Assembly (NCBI RefSeq): GCF_964204645.1 | Contig: NC_134036.1 | Location: forward strand, 1,674,001-1,738,000 | DNA: 64,000 nucleotides | Source: Tubulanus polymorphus | Lineage: Eukaryota > Animalia > Nemertea | Direction: 5' to 3' | In this document: positions 25,201 through 37,658 of the stretch, in pieces | How the letters are laid out: the number at the start of each line of letters is the position of its first letter | Numbering within the stretch: the first letter of the stretch is position 1 | Notes under the pieces: generated by a model | Told to the model about the DNA's origin: nothing | The model's input: only the letters and a program-made list of their open reading frames with translations | The model's database searches: none | Program-made: the position numbers and the translations under genes

Positions 25201-28200
25201 GTGTTGTCGAGATTCAAAAACTGTTCGTTCCATAAAACATTTCTTTGATCACGCACCTCAATGATACAACTGTAGCCGTAGAATCCTGGAAATAGCAAGC
25301 ACATATCTATAGATGGTTGTGGGATTTATGATTTTTGAAAGGTTTGGGATTTTAGAGATGATAGTAAGAGGGTATTTGACGTTTCGACTTAATAAAGAAG
25401 TTTCCAGTTTCTAGGCGCCATTTTGTGGCGGTCCCTCGAGGTCCCCATTGTTGCGATAATTAGCGCTCATTTTTAAAACATTAGATTGAACTGGAAACTT
25501 CTTTATTCTATTGAAGAAGATTTTAAAGAAATGAGTCTAAACATCACTACTCAGTTTTTGAAAATGTCTCATAGATTTGAGTCTAAACGTCACTACTCTC
25601 TTAGTTTTTGAAAATGTCTCATAGAATTGAGTCTAAACGTCACCACTCTCTTAGTTTTTGAAAATGTCTCATAGATTTGAGTCTAAACGTCACTATTCTC
25701 TTAGTTTTTGAAAATGTCTCATAGATTTGAGTCTAAACGTCACTACTCTCTTAGTTTTTGAGAATAGCTCATAGAATTGAGTCTAAACGTCACTACTCTC
25801 TTAGTTTTTGAGAATAGCTCATAGAATTAGTCTAAACGCCACTATTCTTTTAGTTTTTGTTCACGTGGCTCCTAGAATTGAGGCGAAACCGTCAAATGCT
25901 GTCCTTTATATTGTTAGATTTTCATCAAACATCTTACCATATTTGCCATCGAGATCTTGACGTTTAGGTTTCCGAGTTTGGAGGTTAGCGCACCTACAAA
26001 TTCATTGCTTTTTAAAGACAATTTAAATTCTACGAATTTCAAAAACCGGGCAATATAGTCAACCTACCCGTACGCGTTGCCTTGGATACACCTGTCCAGT
26101 AACTGATGGGCGTGAAATGATACGGTGATAAATGCGAGTTCACCATCACCCTGAAAATAACAGCAGGAAGTTTGTCTTGTAGCATCGGAAACTTCGGAAG
26201 CTTAAAATTGCAAATACAAAAGATCATACGTAGAGATATGAAATTTTTGATAAAATACTATAATGTGAATTGCAGGACATTTTGAACGTGCTGTATGACC
26301 ATAAGAAATCAAATGCCAAGGTAATGACATTATTCCATTACAAGTACCTCCATTCAAAACTTGTTTGACATGATAGTTACGTAAATTACCTTCCAGTTAG
26401 AAACGGCTACACCATCTCCGAAATCAAATACTCTGATAGCCTCATCTTCGGACAGCGGTGTTTTATCCTCGCACCATCTCGACCAGTGGAAATCTCTCTC
26501 CAGCAACAACGACCTCTGACTCGGACTGTAAGGAAAATATATCAACCGCATCGGTCAAAAAACTATGAACTTCTGACTCTTGTGAATTGGTTGGCGAATT
26601 TTGTTTATCCAAAATCCGGCTCAAATCGGGAGGACTCGAGAACTGTAAAACAACGTCTGAAGCAATACAGTTTAGCCACATGTTAATAACAATATTCAGT
26701 GTCTTGAACAGGTTTTAAATATTCTCTTGTTAAACAACATCTTGGTATTCAGCCTGCCATCTCACAATTACTGTAAGCAGTTAGAAGGCATTCATTGTAG
26801 ACTGGAAGAAGACGTTGCCACTAAAAATACTGGAAATCGTAAAAATATGCATCCTCATAACTTGCACCAGTACAAAACGTTATCACTATAACAAATGGCA
26901 ATATACATATTTACCTGCCTTTAAATCGCATTTCTGCAAAATTGGAAAATAAAATGGCGCATCGCATACTATAATAAAGTTTAACACATATTTCGGATAC
27001 ACAATAACCCCGAGACATTTTAGAATGTACATGCAGTTTTATAGGGTTCAGTCTTACTCTGCAGGAGTTAGACCGTATCACATTAGTCCGAAGTACTGGT
27101 ATCTTTAGTTTACTCGTCACTATTCTCTCAAAGCTGCCGAATACAACAGTGCCCTTCGACCATAAATCCCTGTAGTCCCTGTAGAACTATGTCTCATTCT
27201 CTTATCGTTATGGAATTTTAATGAAACCTGAATAAAACTTTTGACCTCAAATCCCTATTGTTTCTCAAATCTTACGTTTTTAAACAATCCCATATATTAC
27301 GCACCTGTTCGGAGAGGCTTTGCCTTTCTTGTCGACGAACACAGGGTTCATACTGTATATTTTAAGCTTTCTTATTCTGTCGACAGGGGGCAGTTGGAGA
27401 TCGTACCAGCGGACGGTTACCGACATGGCGAAATAGTAGACGTCTTTACACGTGACCGGATGTTCGTTACCATCGGAATCGACGAACGACAACAACCAGG
27501 ATATCCCTAACAACCTGACGAAGGTAAGGCGGAAGTTTTAACTATTATTGGTAAATCCTGCAGAGGAAATACTTATTTAGCAGTTACGGTAGACTCCGGT
27601 AACGCCGGAGTAGCCGGCTACGCCTAATGATACGTGTTCTAGGAATAGTTCCAGTGATTGTCCCAGAATTCGAGAATTTAGTGGGCCCTTGATTTGAGGC
27701 AAGCGCTCACAGTCTGCTATCTCATTCAAGGAGGTCTTTATTTACATACTTATCATCAAAATCAAGTCAGGACAAAGTGGTAACTAAATTGTCGCAACAG
27801 ATAAGTCAGTAATCAAAGAGGCAAGGTAATACCTTCCATAACTAAACATGAACAAATCTGAACAAATTTTTTTTGGAACAAAAACAGCTGCCAGACACGG
27901 ACATTAGGGACATTTCGAAACGACTGTATTTCCAGATTCTTTTTGGCATTTACGGAGAGCAATCTCCCATCTTTATCAAAAGCGCTACCATTCTCTCTCT
28001 CTCTCCCTCTAGTGGAGTTCTCACCCTGACTCGGGGAAGACTCTATTACTTACTGTAACGCCTTGTTCAGATCAGCCGGTAATTTCGTGTAGGGACTTTT
28101 CTTTTTTAGATATTTACCGATGAAACCATTCCTATTCGCGACTCCCCTAAAAATTGATGATGATGGTATTTATATATCAGCAGTATCTAGATCACATCAT

Positions 28201-30617
28201 TGAGAAATCAGCGAGATTTTCTCTTGATCTGATACTGAAAACTCTCGTCTGTATCGCGTGTCTTGACAGTAAACCCCGCCTCACATTGGACTTGGTACTA
28301 ATTCGGACAAGAAGAAATAAGTTTCTGATTTCCGTAGCATCTCTCTCGTTTTCTTCGTAGATCCTTTTCACGGACCTCGCTCCGACGCTAATTTTGCCAG
28401 TCTCAGATTGGCGACACTGTAGTACTCTGAAGCCTATTAAACCTCCGCACTTAACTCGCTCAGACATGGCCAATTCAGACTTTTGACTTTCGAATAACTC
28501 GGGACTAAATTACGAAATCATTTTACAGTCTACCTCGGATGTAACGTAGAAAAAATACGGTATATTCGAGGCCTTTTTTAAAGGCCTAATAGAAGGAAAA
28601 ATTGGACCTGGGGAAAAATACGATACAAGTGAATCTACGGTAAATCCAACGACGTTACATCCGAGTTTGACTGTATTGACTTATTTCTTTCTCTTAATGT
28701 ATTTTCCTCGAACTTCACCAACACCTCGGTCCGATTTCTCCACCGGTCCCAATTTAGACAGATTTCTAAGGCAAGGTTTACTGTACCGGTACTTATTCAA
28801 GTTTGGTCGTATATTGATTAAAGCCCTATTGATGAATCAAGGTAAAACTGGTAAAACAAGTTAAGATTAAAAGGTTACCCTTTGATGCATTCAGTCTTCC
28901 AGTAACCGGGAGGCGGATCGAGCGGTTGAGCGATGCATTTCTTCTTGTCTTTCCGAATGTGTTCATCAAATATCGGCTTCCAAATTAAACTACAATCGAC
29001 AGCAAAAATAGTTGTGCAACTTCGATTTTGATATTTCTAATAATTCATTAAAATTGGAAACAATTCAGACATTCACTATTGTAATGGTAACAATCCGCAG
29101 CTTGGAATCCTGCACCACTTCAGACATTCACTATAGTGTAGTGGGGCGATGTGTGGATGATCAGTTTTTAAATGTGCGCTGGTCTAATGTCTGATGTTTG
29201 TAGTTCATTTTTCAATTAGAAATGTCTCAGGTGAAGCACTGAACACATATGAAGTGTGGACGATCAGTTTTTGAAAGTGCGCTGATAAAATGTCTAATGT
29301 CTGGTGTTTGTAGTTCATTTTTCAATTAGAAATGTCTCAGGTGAAGCACTGAACACATGTGAAGTGTGGACGATCAGTTTTTGAAAGTGTGCTGATAAAA
29401 TGTCTAATGTCTGGTGTTTGTAGTTCATTTTTCAATTAGAAATGTCTCAGGTGAAGCACTGAACACATGTGAAGTGTGGACGATCAGTTTTTGAAAGTGT
29501 GCTGATAAAATGTCTAATATCTGGTGTTTGTAGTTCATTTTTCAATTAGAAATGTCTCAGGTGAAGCACTGAACACATGTGAAGTGTGGACGATCAGTTT
29601 TTGAAAGTGTGCTGATAAAATGTCTAATATCTGGTGTTTGTAGTTCATTTTCAATTAGAAATGTCTCAGGTGAAGCACTGAACACATGTGAAGTGTGGAC
29701 GATCAGTTTTTGAAAATGTGCTGATAAAATGTCTAATGTCCGTGGACGGTAAAAAATCGGTGTACCAGACTACAGATTGATAGCTCTATGAAATTAAGTT
29801 TTATTTGCCCCTTGAAAACGTACTTATCATTTGTTAGATCGCGCCACCTACGACAAACTCGAGCCGCTAACAGTAAATCACTGGGTGTTAAAGCGCTGAA
29901 CACTTGCAACAGAATCTCGTCTGGTAAACTGTAAAATAAAATCCATCACGATCTCAACTTTTGACAAATTTCTTTTTAGACTCTGCCATGAGTTGACTTA
30001 AGTCTTGATTTGGTTTGGGTTTCTCAGACAAGCGACTGGAAGAAAACACAGACTCATGAATGTGAAGCTTTGACCCGAATGCCACAAGCCATTTTCCAAA
30101 TATATGAACATTTTTTTTGGAGAATGGCTCATAGCATTTGAATCGAAACGTCCAAATCGTCTATTCGTAGTTTTTACTCAGTAAAATTTTCGGGTTTCTT
30201 TGTTTCGGAGATCTGTTTGCAGAGGTTTAAATGAACTTACTTCGACAGACACGGCTTCCCTTTGAACACGGGACGAGATTTCGGTTGGAATTTCTTCGAT
30301 GGAGTTTCCCTACAGAATTACACATTTATTATCAAACTTATGCCTTTAACCCAAGGAATCATCCTTAAGATGGTTCGGTTCAGAGAAGTTCAGTCGTGTT
30401 TAAATTTGTGATTGTTATTCTTGATAACATAGATTACGTTTTTAATCGTATCATCCATCCTCTGGCAAAATACCTTTCTCTTTGAACTACTCGTTTTCAA
30501 GTACTGCGTACTGTGTTACCTGTTTGCGTTTTCGTGAACGGGTTTGTTATTTTTAGCCTCACGACGATTCCTCATGTACCCGGCTAGATGGGTCCGGTGT
30601 CGCCCCCCGGTGGCCAT
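22260..30617 (-). CDS. FBXO15: F-box only protein 15; 14 exons: 30617-30520, 30309-30241, 29928-29824, 28989-28879, 28146-28054, 27514-27305, 26525-26390, 26150-26068, 25993-25938, 25285-25190, 24681-24569, 24143-24082, 22965-22851, 22370-22260
   Basis: MATGGR start; F-box LPDEILLQVFSALTPSDLLLAARVCRRWRDLTND; FBXO15-type motifs YWK, SPYTKLP, LGISW, DLDGKYGFYGY, WKTDLFKG, MDVTVLD, SSPV and C-terminal IDDWFGTNY. Intron phases are consistent. Confidence 0.9.
25394..25504. mobile_element. 111-bp MITE related to the 55001-56322 element (ISL2EU-like, AT target-site duplication); another related end at about 46655-46725
   Basis: AT|AAAGAAGTTTCCAGTT...AACTGGAAACTTCTTT|AT; shares AGGCGCCATTTTG.GGCGGTCCC with the large element. 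Confidence 0.75.
25529..25897 (+). repeat. 50-bp tandem repeat, about 7 copies; unit resembles a degenerate minimal hammerhead ribozyme
   Basis: Unit TTGAAAATGTCTCATAGATTTGAGTCTAAACGTCACTACTCTCTTAGTTT; period 50 (25561, 25611, 25661...). Confidence 0.9.
29140..29750. repeat. 110-bp tandem repeat, about 5.5 copies, in FBXO15 intron 3
   Basis: AATGTCTCAGGTGAAGCACTGAACAC at 29221, 29331, 29441, 29551, about 29660. Confidence 0.95.
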
Positions 30618-30684
30618 CTCTCGTACCAGTATCCTCGATTTTATCCGACTTACAATGAACCATTGAAAGAAACAAATATAGTAA

Positions 30685-30903
30685 GGCTAAACAAAAATGA
30701 TACCTTGTTTCTCCGCAGCGGCCGGGTCATTTTTGTAAAATATGATAAAATTTATAAACAGTTCATTTCTATAGCGGCCGGGTCTGTTGTGGTAAAATTG
30801 ATCACGATTTAAAAAAAAGTTATGTATAGGGTAGATAGGCGGCCGGCCGGGTCAACATTTAAGCTCAGCAGAGCGGAGAAACAAGGTATCTATTTTTTTA
30901 GCC
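30685..30903. mobile_element. MITE with GG termini and TWA target-site duplication (Zator- or Harbinger-like); copies at about 13822-13932, 14618-14807, 15317-15523, 20268-20485, 23013-23228, 23250-23376
   Basis: TAA|GGCTAAACAAAAATGATACCTTGTTTCTC...GAGAAACAAGGTATCTATTTTTTTAGCC|TAA; shared interior GGGTCATTTTTGTAAACTGCAATAAAATTTGTAATCAG. Confidence 0.82.
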
Positions 30904-32368
30904 TAATTTAAGCCATCTACTGTAACCACATTCCAGAAATGAAATAACAATGTAACGCGAGGTATGGGAATCTAGAGTTTTAACATTTCCTGCTTTTCAG
31001 ATTCAAATGAATCAAAATCATGAATCGTCATCAGAAAAGTCGTCACAATTCACAGCATTATCTTTTTAAGTCGTCAACATGATCGTCACAGAGTTTGGCA
31101 TCACCCATCATCATAGACATAGTCATACTATCTTCTATCTCCTCACACACGGACAGTCAGGGTCAGTCAGTGAGTGAGTGTCTCAGCTGTGTGAGGAGAG
31201 AGGTTCTACTGACTCTGAGGGACCTACTGAAGTTTGGTAGAACTTTGAGGGGATCTAATGAATGAAATAGATCAAATATCTCCTATGTAAATTATACACT
31301 AATCAAGGGCAGGGGAATGAGGGCTTAATACACAATATTACAATTTGATCAAAATGTACCTATAAACTTCTAAAGCTAGACGAAAATATTTGTTTGGCTC
31401 AACGACCTTGACAACGACGACAACAACAACAACCACAATAGTGTCTTCGTCACCTTAGAATAGAGTCCTATTAACCGAAAGAGACACAATTGAATCGTCA
31501 AAAGCCGTCCTCTCGATACAAGCACAGACCACAAAAACAAACAAATGTACATTTATAACATTATTTAATTGTTAACTGATTCCAAAATGTACATGACATA
31601 CATATCACATGTGCATGTTGTCCACATGTGCATGTAACATGTTGTCACTCACATTAACATGTTATCATCATAAATATCCCATTGATAAACATAGTTTCAA
31701 GACAATTCTAAGACGAATCTTTTAATTCAAAGTGTACATGTTTTATTTACACATGTTACATGTTTATCACATGTTTTGTTACATGTACATTTTTAGATTG
31801 TTATATTTTCTATAAACCGAATTCAGAGTAGTATCTATTCATGATTAACACATGTGATGGGAAATAATATTCTTGACTTTGACAGAAATTCTAATAAATC
31901 AACCATGATTTTAAGTTTTATGCCACAGGCCTTGTTGTAACGAAATCACTTAGTCTAAAAGTAGTATCTCAAATCATAAGACTGGTCTTAGGTTGTTTAG
32001 ATTAGCTACAGAACCAGAATCAGCTTTATACTAGTCTGCAGTTGTAAGATTGGCAATGAAACCAATTTATGGTCTTATGGCTGGTCTTCAATCTAAGCAA
32101 TTACTGTGTAACTGACCCTACCGTTTATCTCAGCCTAAATTAAATACATGTACATTTACAATAAATACCTCATGTACAGTAGACTCAGTGATGACAGATA
32201 TTTACAGCAGTTTCAATGCTTCACAGTCTACTGAACTTAAAATGTACCATCATCAAACAAGGCAGCAGAATAAATGCTTTAATAACCGCTTTTAATTAAT
32301 TAAACCCCGCACAAATTCTAATAACTATAATTAACTTTTTAACAAAAGTTTTTTCTTGTCTCTTATTT

Positions 32369-34912
32369 TTATTCGAACCATTTTGATTTTTTTCGTTTAT
32401 TCGAAGTTGTTTTCGAGTTCGTGTCGAATTTCTGTCGATATTTATTCACTAACTGATCGAAACTATCAGCGCCCCCTGCTGGTGCTTTCCTCTTACCGTT
32501 TCTCTGTTTCGGCTCTCGTTGCTGCGCCGGAACTGAGTCCGATTTCTCGACCGTTTGTCGTTTCAATTCGCTACGACTCGGTCGCCCTTTCGGTTTTTCG
32601 GGTAGTTTTTGCGGACCGCGCGGTTTGTGACGTATTTTCGGACCCCAATGCGACGGCAGACCTTTTTTCATTTTACCCGCTGAAACGGCGGCGGCGCCAT
32701 CTGCCGCCGGTACGGGAACCACGACCTGATTACCCGCGACGCGACCTTTCCTCGGGTTCGCGGTTTTCCCCGACGATTCCGCTAATTTCGCCTTCGAGCG
32801 CTCGAGACGTTTCTCCTTGGCGAGAAGTTTCGCCTGATTCTCGAGCGAGAATTCGACAATCGGTCGTTTCTCCGCGCCGAACAACTCCGCGTTATTATTC
32901 ATCGCGCGCAACGCCTTCAACGCGTCGTCATGGCTACCGAGAGCGACGAACGCGTATCCTAGCGACTGTCCGACTCCGCTGGCGTTTAATTTCTTTAAAT
33001 CTCGCATGACGCGACATTCAGTAACCCGCGCCGATGGGACGATCTGTTTAAACGTACGGCGCAACTCGGCGTCTCCGACTCGTTTCGGCAGGTTGTGAAC
33101 GCACAGACGCGTCGACGACACGAATATATTCAGATTTTTCAGCTTGGCGCGTTTAACGGCGTCCAAACGGGCGCGTTTCGCCAGATCGGTTTTCGAGAGG
33201 TTTTCGGCGGCGCGCGTACCCGGTCGTATCATACCCTCGCGTACCAGGTGCAGATTACGTTTATCGGTCGAAGGTTTGTTTCTCTTCTCTTGTTTCTTGG
33301 CCGCGTCGTTCGCTGCGCATTTCTCCCGCGAGATGGCGACACTGACGATCAGACGGCGTCCGTCGAGCGTGATACCGTCGTCGTCCTCGCTCGCCGCAGC
33401 AGCGATACACCGCTCGGCCGCCGACTTCTCGAGGAATTTCACGAACGCCGTACCGCGTGATTTATCGGTATCCGGATTCACGACGATACGCGAGTATTCG
33501 ACCTCGCCGAATTTCTCGAACTCGGTGTCAAGGTCGTCTTCGACGCTGTCGTACGACAGATTCTTCACGAACACGGTTTTACCTTGTTCCACGTCGTTGC
33601 TACGATACGCTTCACGCGGCCGTTTATCATCATAATCATCATCGTCACTCATACTGTCATCATCATCTTCATCGGAATTCGATTCATCATCGCTTTCCTT
33701 TTCATCTTCACTAGATTGGTCATCATTCTCGCTATCAATCTCTGCATCTTCATCGCTAACCATCTCCTCCTCATCTTCACTGGAATTGTCATCATTTTCT
33801 CCATTTTCATCATCGTTAGCGATCTCTGAATCGCTCGCATCATCGTCATCATCATCATCGTCATCACCGCTAGCAACAGCTTGGTCGTTTTGTTGCGACT
33901 CCTCGTATCGACTCTTCGCGAGCGCCCAGTCGACGGCGACCGGTCGACCGGCTATCGACTGACCGTTCATCGCGTCGAGCGCCCGCCGGGCCTCGGCGGT
34001 CGATCCGTACTGGACGAACGCGAAGCCGAATTTTCGCCCGTTGTCGCGCGTCGGTATCCGAGCGTCGGTCAGACGACCAAACGCACGAAACGTTTTACGT
34101 AATAAATCCTCGTTACACGTAAACGCTAAATTACGTACGATCAATCGGGACTTTCGTTCGGATTCCGATTCGCTGATCGCTTTTTGTAAAACGACTTTTA
34201 AAGATTTTCCGCCGATTTTCATCATTTTTAATCGTTTAACGGCGACGATCATCGCGTCCTTCGTCGCGAAGTTCAAGGTCGCTCGATTCTGATTGGTCGA
34301 ACGTTCAAACGCGAGATTCTCGACGTTTTCGATTTTCGAGAATTTTTTCGCGTTGATTTTCGCGTCGCAAAAAACGTCGACCGCATACGTCTTATTCGAG
34401 ACCTTTTTATTCCGCTTTTCACCGACAGGCGGCGCCACTTTCTCTTCGACTTCCTCATTCTCACCGACGCTTTCATCTTCGATTTCCTCCTCATCTTTTG
34501 CCGCCGTCGGTTTTTTCTTTTTCTTCGTCTTTTTCTTCTTATCGGCGAGAACGACCACCAGGGGGCGCCCGTGAAGTTTCGGTTTAAGATTCAGAGCTTT
34601 CTGGGCATCGTCGGGCAGCGAGTAGGTAACGTAACCGAACCCTCGACAGACGGCGGGCGTCGCCGCGATGTCCGACGAATCGCCTCTTCGGTTATTGTTG
34701 CCGCTGACAACGAAGCATTGTTTCATCGGTCCGATCGAACTGAATACTTTCTCCAGATCTTCGTTCGTCGTTTTCGGATGTAAATTCCTTACGAATAACG
34801 TGTTTTTAGAGACGGTCGATCGAACAGCAGCGCCCCCTACTGCTACACCCTCGCCAGGGCTGCCTTCTACACCCTCGCTATCATTTGATGGGTTTTTTGC
34901 TGTTTTTGTCAT
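32369..34912 (-). CDS. RBM28: RNA-binding protein 28 (Nop4 homolog), 847 aa, single coding exon; 5'UTR intron about 34917-35333
   Basis: RRMs (TLFVRNL...RGFGYVTY; RLIVRNL...GFAFVQY; TVFVKNL...GTAFVKF; RLCVHNLP...GYAFV), central acidic tract, DKRNLHL.REG.I motif, RPIVEFSLEN, C-terminal KWFE. The true start is probably the ATG at 34912 after the acceptor TTTCAG; the track's start at 34936 is intronic. Confidence 0.95.
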   Translation of the reverse strand: MTKTAKNPSNDSEGVEGSPGEGVAVGGAAVRSTVSKNTLFVRNLHPKTTNEDLEKVFSSIGPMKQCFVVSGNNNRRGDSSDIAATPAVCRGFGYVTYSLPDDAQKALNLKPKLHGRPLVVVLADKKKKTKKKKKPTAAKDEEEIEDESVGENEEVEEKVAPPVGEKRNKKVSNKTYAVDVFCDAKINAKKFSKIENVENLAFERSTNQNRATLNFATKDAMIVAVKRLKMMKIGGKSLKVVLQKAISESESERKSRLIVRNLAFTCNEDLLRKTFRAFGRLTDARIPTRDNGRKFGFAFVQYGSTAEARRALDAMNGQSIAGRPVAVDWALAKSRYEESQQNDQAVASGDDDDDDDDDASDSEIANDDENGENDDNSSEDEEEMVSDEDAEIDSENDDQSSEDEKESDDESNSDEDDDDSMSDDDDYDDKRPREAYRSNDVEQGKTVFVKNLSYDSVEDDLDTEFEKFGEVEYSRIVVNPDTDKSRGTAFVKFLEKSAAERCIAAAASEDDDGITLDGRRLIVSVAISREKCAANDAAKKQEKRNKPSTDKRNLHLVREGMIRPGTRAAENLSKTDLAKRARLDAVKRAKLKNLNIFVSSTRLCVHNLPKRVGDAELRRTFKQIVPSARVTECRVMRDLKKLNASGVGQSLGYAFVALGSHDDALKALRAMNNNAELFGAEKRPIVEFSLENQAKLLAKEKRLERSKAKLAESSGKTANPRKGRVAGNQVVVPVPAADGAAAVSAGKMKKGLPSHWGPKIRHKPRGPQKLPEKPKGRPSRSELKRQTVEKSDSVPAQQREPKQRNGKRKAPAGGADSFDQLVNKYRQKFDTNSKTTSNKRKKSKWFE

Positions 34913-35409
34913 TTTTCTGAAATAAGATAATATCATTGATCGAATTAGAGATTTTTGACTCAGATTTGGTACTTATTTATAACAATCCTTCACAACCTAA
35001 TCTTTCTAGGCCCCTTCCAAAGACCCCAACCAGAACCACATTTATTGATTCTTTTCAATTCAATAACACTAACTAAACCATCGCACAACACATTGAAAGG
35101 CAACCTAAATTTACCCTAACCAGCATCCCTTACCTTCAACCCAAAACTAACAGCAAACCTGTACTGCTAACTGTTTATTTTATCATGACTGGCTGACTGG
35201 ACTGTGAGGATAATAATAAATTTTTGAATTGAATTTGCATCGAAAAATGGTTTATTTCTCGAATAATACTCAACTCGTCACGTGACTTCAACATCGAAAA
35301 TTATAATCCAACAGTTTAAAACGTGAAGTTTACCTCGAAATCGTTTATTAACCGCTCAGCAATTCAGATTAATCACAAATACCACTTTAATCCGATCAGA
35401 AAATATACC

Positions 35410-35564
35410 ATGCGGTAGTGGGGGTTTCCTAATGTAGCGGAATCCCCGTGCTGACGCGTCAAGCGGTGAGGGATTCCGCGCACCTGCCCGTGTAGCTGGA
35501 AAAACCCCTACCTCTCGACGCGATTTTAACTGTCATCGAATTTTGTGGCCTTGTTTGCGCGAAA
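35410..35564. promoter_or_regulatory. Compact bidirectional promoter between RBM28 and PEX11G
   Basis: Head-to-head genes; GC-rich spacer of about 150 bp with nested inverted motifs. Confidence 0.7.
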
Positions 35565-37570
35565 ATGACGAGTTGTCAGTCAAAATTCGAGGCGTATTCG
35601 AATTTAGTAAAGTCGAGTAATGGCAGAGATAAAGTGATTAGACTCTGTTCTTATTGCAGTAGATTACTGGGAGTACTCGCCTCCCGCGGTGGTGGGCGCT
35701 CCTCGAGCCCAGGGGCTGCTGCTGGGCCGGGCGCGATGCTCGGCTCTATCGCCGATCGGTTAAACGCGTGTCGTGTAATACTACGTCTGTTCGATGATAT
35801 TCCGATGGCGCTATTCACAAAGTCGTACGGCTGGGGACATACTGTAAGTTCAACCATGTTACACAACATTTGATTTATACCGTGACAATCTTGATGCCAT
35901 CAGGTTCAAATCCCTGCTTAGACAGATTATCGTTTTTAAACTACCAATAACATTTACAAAAAGGGCGCTTTCCAAGATTTCTAACTGTTCCCCGCGTGTA
36001 CGACCCTGGCTGCATTACTTAGGCCTACTATAACTAGAGATATTTGGATATACAGGGGCGGGTGCTTAGCCCTAGCTTACTTACCACAAAACCTTCTAGG
36101 CCTACCTATAAACCTGAGTTGATTGATGACTTGTCTTTATCAATGATGTCGCTTTGGTTTATTTCAGGAGAAACATCCCATCATGTCGTTGTTAGGAGTC
36201 GCCAGTAACATAGTTAATCAACTGTTCTACCCAGTGGAGCATATAGCCTGGTTAGGGGAACTTAGACTAGTACCGGTTAATGTCACTAGGTGGCAGACAT
36301 GGAGCGTGGCTGTATGGGCTATATCATTACTAATCAGTATTATCAGGTAAGAAGCCTTCATCTACGCTTAAAAGGTCGATCCTGGGTTCTGTTGCGCAAA
36401 ATTAAAGATCTGGACCTGCAGTTTCTCAAATGTTTGTTAAAGAGTTAACCAGTGGATATTTGACTTAGTCACAATTAAAAGTTCATTGTTTCTATGGTCT
36501 TTATCTGAAGCTGCAGTTGCTTGGTTAGAGTTAACCGGTGGATAGTTGACACAGTGACTATCAAAAGTGAATTATGGCATCGTATGAGCGTGGCATTTAT
36601 TTGATCGTTAAATATTTTAACTAGCTTGGGTAACTGGCACATCTAAACTCTGTTGGTCACTGAGAGGTGCTGAAAGGTTGGTTATAGTTAACCTCTGGAT
36701 ATAGTGACTATTTAATTATAACTGCAATTTAACTATGTTATTAGGCCAACTAATTATGAGCAACAGCCCCAGAAATGAATTTCATTAACTAAAGCTGTTT
36801 TATGTTTGTGTTGATATTTTCAGAAACTGTTTAACGATTTACGGTTTACGTGTGAACTTGAAGAGATTGAACAAACGTCAGTCGATGAATTTGTTAGAAG
36901 CCAGGTAAATATCAAATCTTCTCCGCCGCCGCTATTCAGCGGGTATCAATCTGCTGCTTGTATTAGAAGTTTGATGGTGAACTGTTGCTTATCCCTGGTA
37001 CTAGTACCCTGTGGTCACTCTCTCTTTGAATGGTGAATTGAACGTCCAGAGGGTGGCAGGTTCCAGGCTGAGGAGGTGCAGTAGGGTGGCTACTCAACTT
37101 GAAATCAGTGGTGAGGAGGGGAGAGACTGTGTTAATTGATTGGATTCTCGGCAGATCAAAAAAAAAAAAGAAGCCAACTTGAATAACAGTTGCCACCCTG
37201 TGCTGGTTACAGGCTGTCAAGGGGTGCAGGTTCCAGGCTGGGTAGATTTGTACCCGTATTTTTGTGGATATCACTCTCTCTGAAATGTTTCCACTTTCTA
37301 TATATCCACAGAGACAGCGCTGCAACATCTTCCACTGATGAGCAGATCCACCTGCTCCGCCGCACTCTCCACACTCAAACGGTGGAACTCGTACGGAATG
37401 TCGCCGATATGATGAACGCCGTCCACTGGCTGCCGAAAGGATTCCTCTGGGCCGGGCAACTGTCGCCCTTGATATCGGCTTTATTCGGTACCACGTCCTC
37501 GGTCGGGTTCGTTTACCTGGCAATAGCAAATCAAAAATCCACAGCAGCATCGGGAAAAAGTAAAGATTAG
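35565..37570 (+). CDS. PEX11G: Peroxisomal membrane protein 11, gamma-like; exons 35565-35843, 36168-36346, 36824-36904, 37312-37570
   Basis: GRDKVIRLCSY, CRVILRLFDDIPM, QLFYPVEHIAW, DMMNAVHWLPKGFLWAGQL, FGTTSS are diagnostic PEX11G motifs; GT-AG introns in phase. Confidence 0.93.
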
Positions 37571-37658
37571 AGATTAGAGACAGATTAACCAGTAAGTAGA
37601 TCTAAACAATCTACAGGACTGTATGTTTCTGATTGGAAGGACAAATTCAGTTGAGATC

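Noticed and set aside
28600-28830. Extra FBXO15 exon candidates
   Set aside because: They end in stops or are unnecessary; exons 28989-28879 and 28146-28054 join in phase and match the family.
31540-31860. Dense ACATGT palindromes, and scattered TAGGCCTA elsewhere
   Set aside because: Looks like a genome-wide short-word bias rather than a discrete element; no higher-order structure seen.
32356-34925. Plus-strand and alternate-frame ORFs overlapping RBM28
   Set aside because: Shadow ORFs of a GC-rich, low-complexity CDS.
36963-37550. 195-aa minus-strand ORF
   Set aside because: Antisense to PEX11G exon 4 and its intron; no recognisable protein features.
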